The notes under the pieces were generated by a model. It saw only the letters and a program-made list of their open reading frames with translations. It was not told the origin of the DNA and searched no databases. Positions 61,950 through 64,000 of a stretch of 64,000 nt of DNA are shown here, piece by piece. Every line of letters begins with the position of its first letter. Within the stretch, counting starts at the first letter, position 1. The stretch is from Bryobacterales bacterium. GTDB lineage: Bacteria > Acidobacteriota > Terriglobia > Bryobacterales > UBA6623. The DNA lies in assembly GCA_963422375.2 (NCBI GenBank), contig OY729427.2, positions 128,001 to 192,000 of the forward strand, read 5' to 3'. Made by a program: the position numbers and the translations under genes.

Positions 61950-64000
61950 GGGAATTATATATCTGAGTGCCGACAACGCCATGTCCGACGAGAACTGCTC
62001 TGATCAGGGAGGTCGGCGTCTGGCTCGGGTCATTCGAATGCGGCCGCGGTAGGCACGGAAAAGTGGGATCGTATCTGAATCGAACCTGCCAGCGGAATGG
62101 ACGAGGCACGGATAAGAGAGGCCCCCCTCGCATGCCCCGATGGAATCCGGTTGGCGGTGGAGGGCACCCCTTGCAAGGGGAATTATATATCTGAGTGCCG
62201 ACAACGCCATGTCCGACGAGAACTGCTGTGAGCAGGGAGGTCGGCGTCTGGCTCGGGTCATTCGAATGCGGCCGCGGTAGGCACAGCAAGGTGGGATCGT
62301 ATCTGAATCGAGCCTGCCAGCGGAATGGACGAGGCACGGATAAGAGAGGCGCCCTCGCATGCCCGGTGGAATCCGGTTGGCGGTGGAGGGCACCCTTTGC
62401 AAGCCGATTGCGTGCCCTGCGAGGGCCGAAGACAGCGGATCCCCGGCGCTCGACGGCCTGCATGAACGGTCCGGGCCGGACGCGGGTCGCGCCGGGGGAT
62501 TCCAGATCCGGCGCGCCCCTCGCACCGAGCGTGAAGCGCACCGAGCGTGAAGAGTGCGTCGGCAGCGGGCTGCGGCGCTCAGCTCGGAGGGCGCCGCTCA
62601 GGCCGCGACTGCGGCCTTGCCGGTCAGCTGCCGGTAGGTCAGCGTCCGGCCGACCAGGCCCCGCGCCATGCGCCGCATCCGTTCCGCCCTTGTTCCGCCG
62701 TGTCGCAGTCGCGGTCGTTGCACCGTCCCGCGAACTCCGTGAGGTAGCGGCCGAGATGACGGACGCTCATCCGGTGATAGGTTCCGTACAGGCCGCGCTT
62801 GAACAGGGACCAAAACGACTCGATGCCGTTCGTATGCGCCGCCCCGCGCACGTACTCGCCGCCGGAGTGCTTGACGGCTTCGTGCGGAAACTCCGCCATG
62901 CCGGCGTAGGCCGCCGCCTCGTCGGAGCGGAGCTGCGCGCCCGGCGCGACCCGGCCGCGCACGAAGCCCTGCAGGTCGCCCTTGGTGGTGCCCGGCAGTG
63001 GCCGCGCGGCCACTGCGTTCGTGGCGCGGTCCCGCGCCCCCGCCACGGGCGTCTTGCCGACGGGCCCGCGCCCGGCGCGGGCCTTCTTGCTCTCGTGCTG
63101 GTTGCGCTCCTTGCCGCCGACGCAGGTCTCGTCCACCTCCACCGGGCCGGCGAACAGGCCCTGATGCCGCTTCCGGCACGCGCGGATGCGGTGCGCCAGG
63201 TGCCAGGCCGACTTCTGGCTGATGCCCAGGTCGCGGTGCAGCTTCATACTTGAGACGCCCTTGATGCCGGTAGTCAACAGGAACAGGGCGACGGCCCGGG
63301 TGCGGTAGCCGAGCTTGGTGTCGGCCATCACGCTGCCGGTGCGCACGGAAAAGCGCCTGCCGCAGCCGCGGCAACGGTACGGCATCGAAGGGTGGGCCGT
63401 GCCGGACTGCACGCTGGATCCGCGGCAGAAGGGGCATACCGGACCGTCGGTCCAGCGCACGGAGGCGAACCACTTTTCCGCGGATTCGTCATCGCGGAAC
63501 ATGGCGATCACTTCAATCGGAGTGATGCCTTTACGAAACCACTTCCCGGGACCTTTCTGCTTCATATACGACCTCACATATCGGAACTATTCTACCAAAA
63601 TAATCCACCGACTGTCAACAGATCTCCGGAAGAAATATGAAATTAATTTATGGACTGATAATTTGCAAAATCGGTTGCCTCGGCACTCAGATATATAATT
63701 CCCCTTGCAAGCCGATTGCGTGCCCTCCGAGGGCCGAAGACAGCGGATCCCCGGCGCTCGACGGCCTGCATGGACGGTCCGGGCCGGACGCGGGTCGCGC
63801 CGGGGGATTCCAGATCCGGCGCGCCCCTCGCACCGAGCGTGCAGCGCATCGAGCGTGAAGAGTGCGTCGGCAGCGGGCTGCGGCGCTCAGCTCGGAGGGC
63901 GCCGCTCGGGCCGCGACCGCGGCCTTGCCGGTCAGCTGCCGGCAGGTCAGCGTCCGGCCGACCAGGCCCCGCGCCATGCGCCGCATCTGTTCCGCCGTGT
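61950..64000 (-). mobile_element. IS-B copy B4 (outer copy, runs off the window), interrupted by B3
   Basis: TIR starts at 61950; the IS-B sequence resumes at 63704 after the nested copy. Confidence 0.9.
62178..63703 (-). mobile_element. IS-B copy B3 nested in B4
   Basis: TSD CTTGCAAG (62170-62177 and 63704-63711); the transposase from 63565 has the same 11-bp 3' frameshifting insertion as B2. Confidence 0.93.

Overview
GC-rich bacterial chromosome segment; the gene content (rimP-nusA-infB-DUF503, DUF1592/DUF1552/DUF1501 proteins, five sulfatases) suggests Acidobacteriota, which is an inference. Backbone catabolic and housekeeping genes alternate with lower-GC, mostly decayed defence islands: an OLD-like + UvrD pair, an intact AlbA_2/HATPase + ParA pair, a frameshifted type IIG R-M gene, a SLOG pseudogene and a split PD-(D/E)xK nuclease gene. 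The most striking structure is a nested mobile-element complex that can be reconstructed base by base. A 257-bp non-coding MITE (TA duplication, 23-bp TIRs, stems whose non-canonical pairs are G-U on one strand) inserted in the nuclease gene. Two IS1595-family copies (IS-A) then landed at mirror positions inside its two TIRs, and the resulting IS-MITE core-IS unit also occurs as a composite transposon in the UvrD gene about 50 kb away with its own 8-bp TSD. A second IS1595 type (IS-B) sits inside the MITE and inside a copy of itself. Other notable signals are an apparent non-canonical (ATT or ACG) start for infB and recurrent CTGG>CCGG and TAGG>CAGG substitutions in the IS copies. No tRNA, rRNA or CRISPR array was seen. 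Family assignments are from motif recognition by eye, not database searches.
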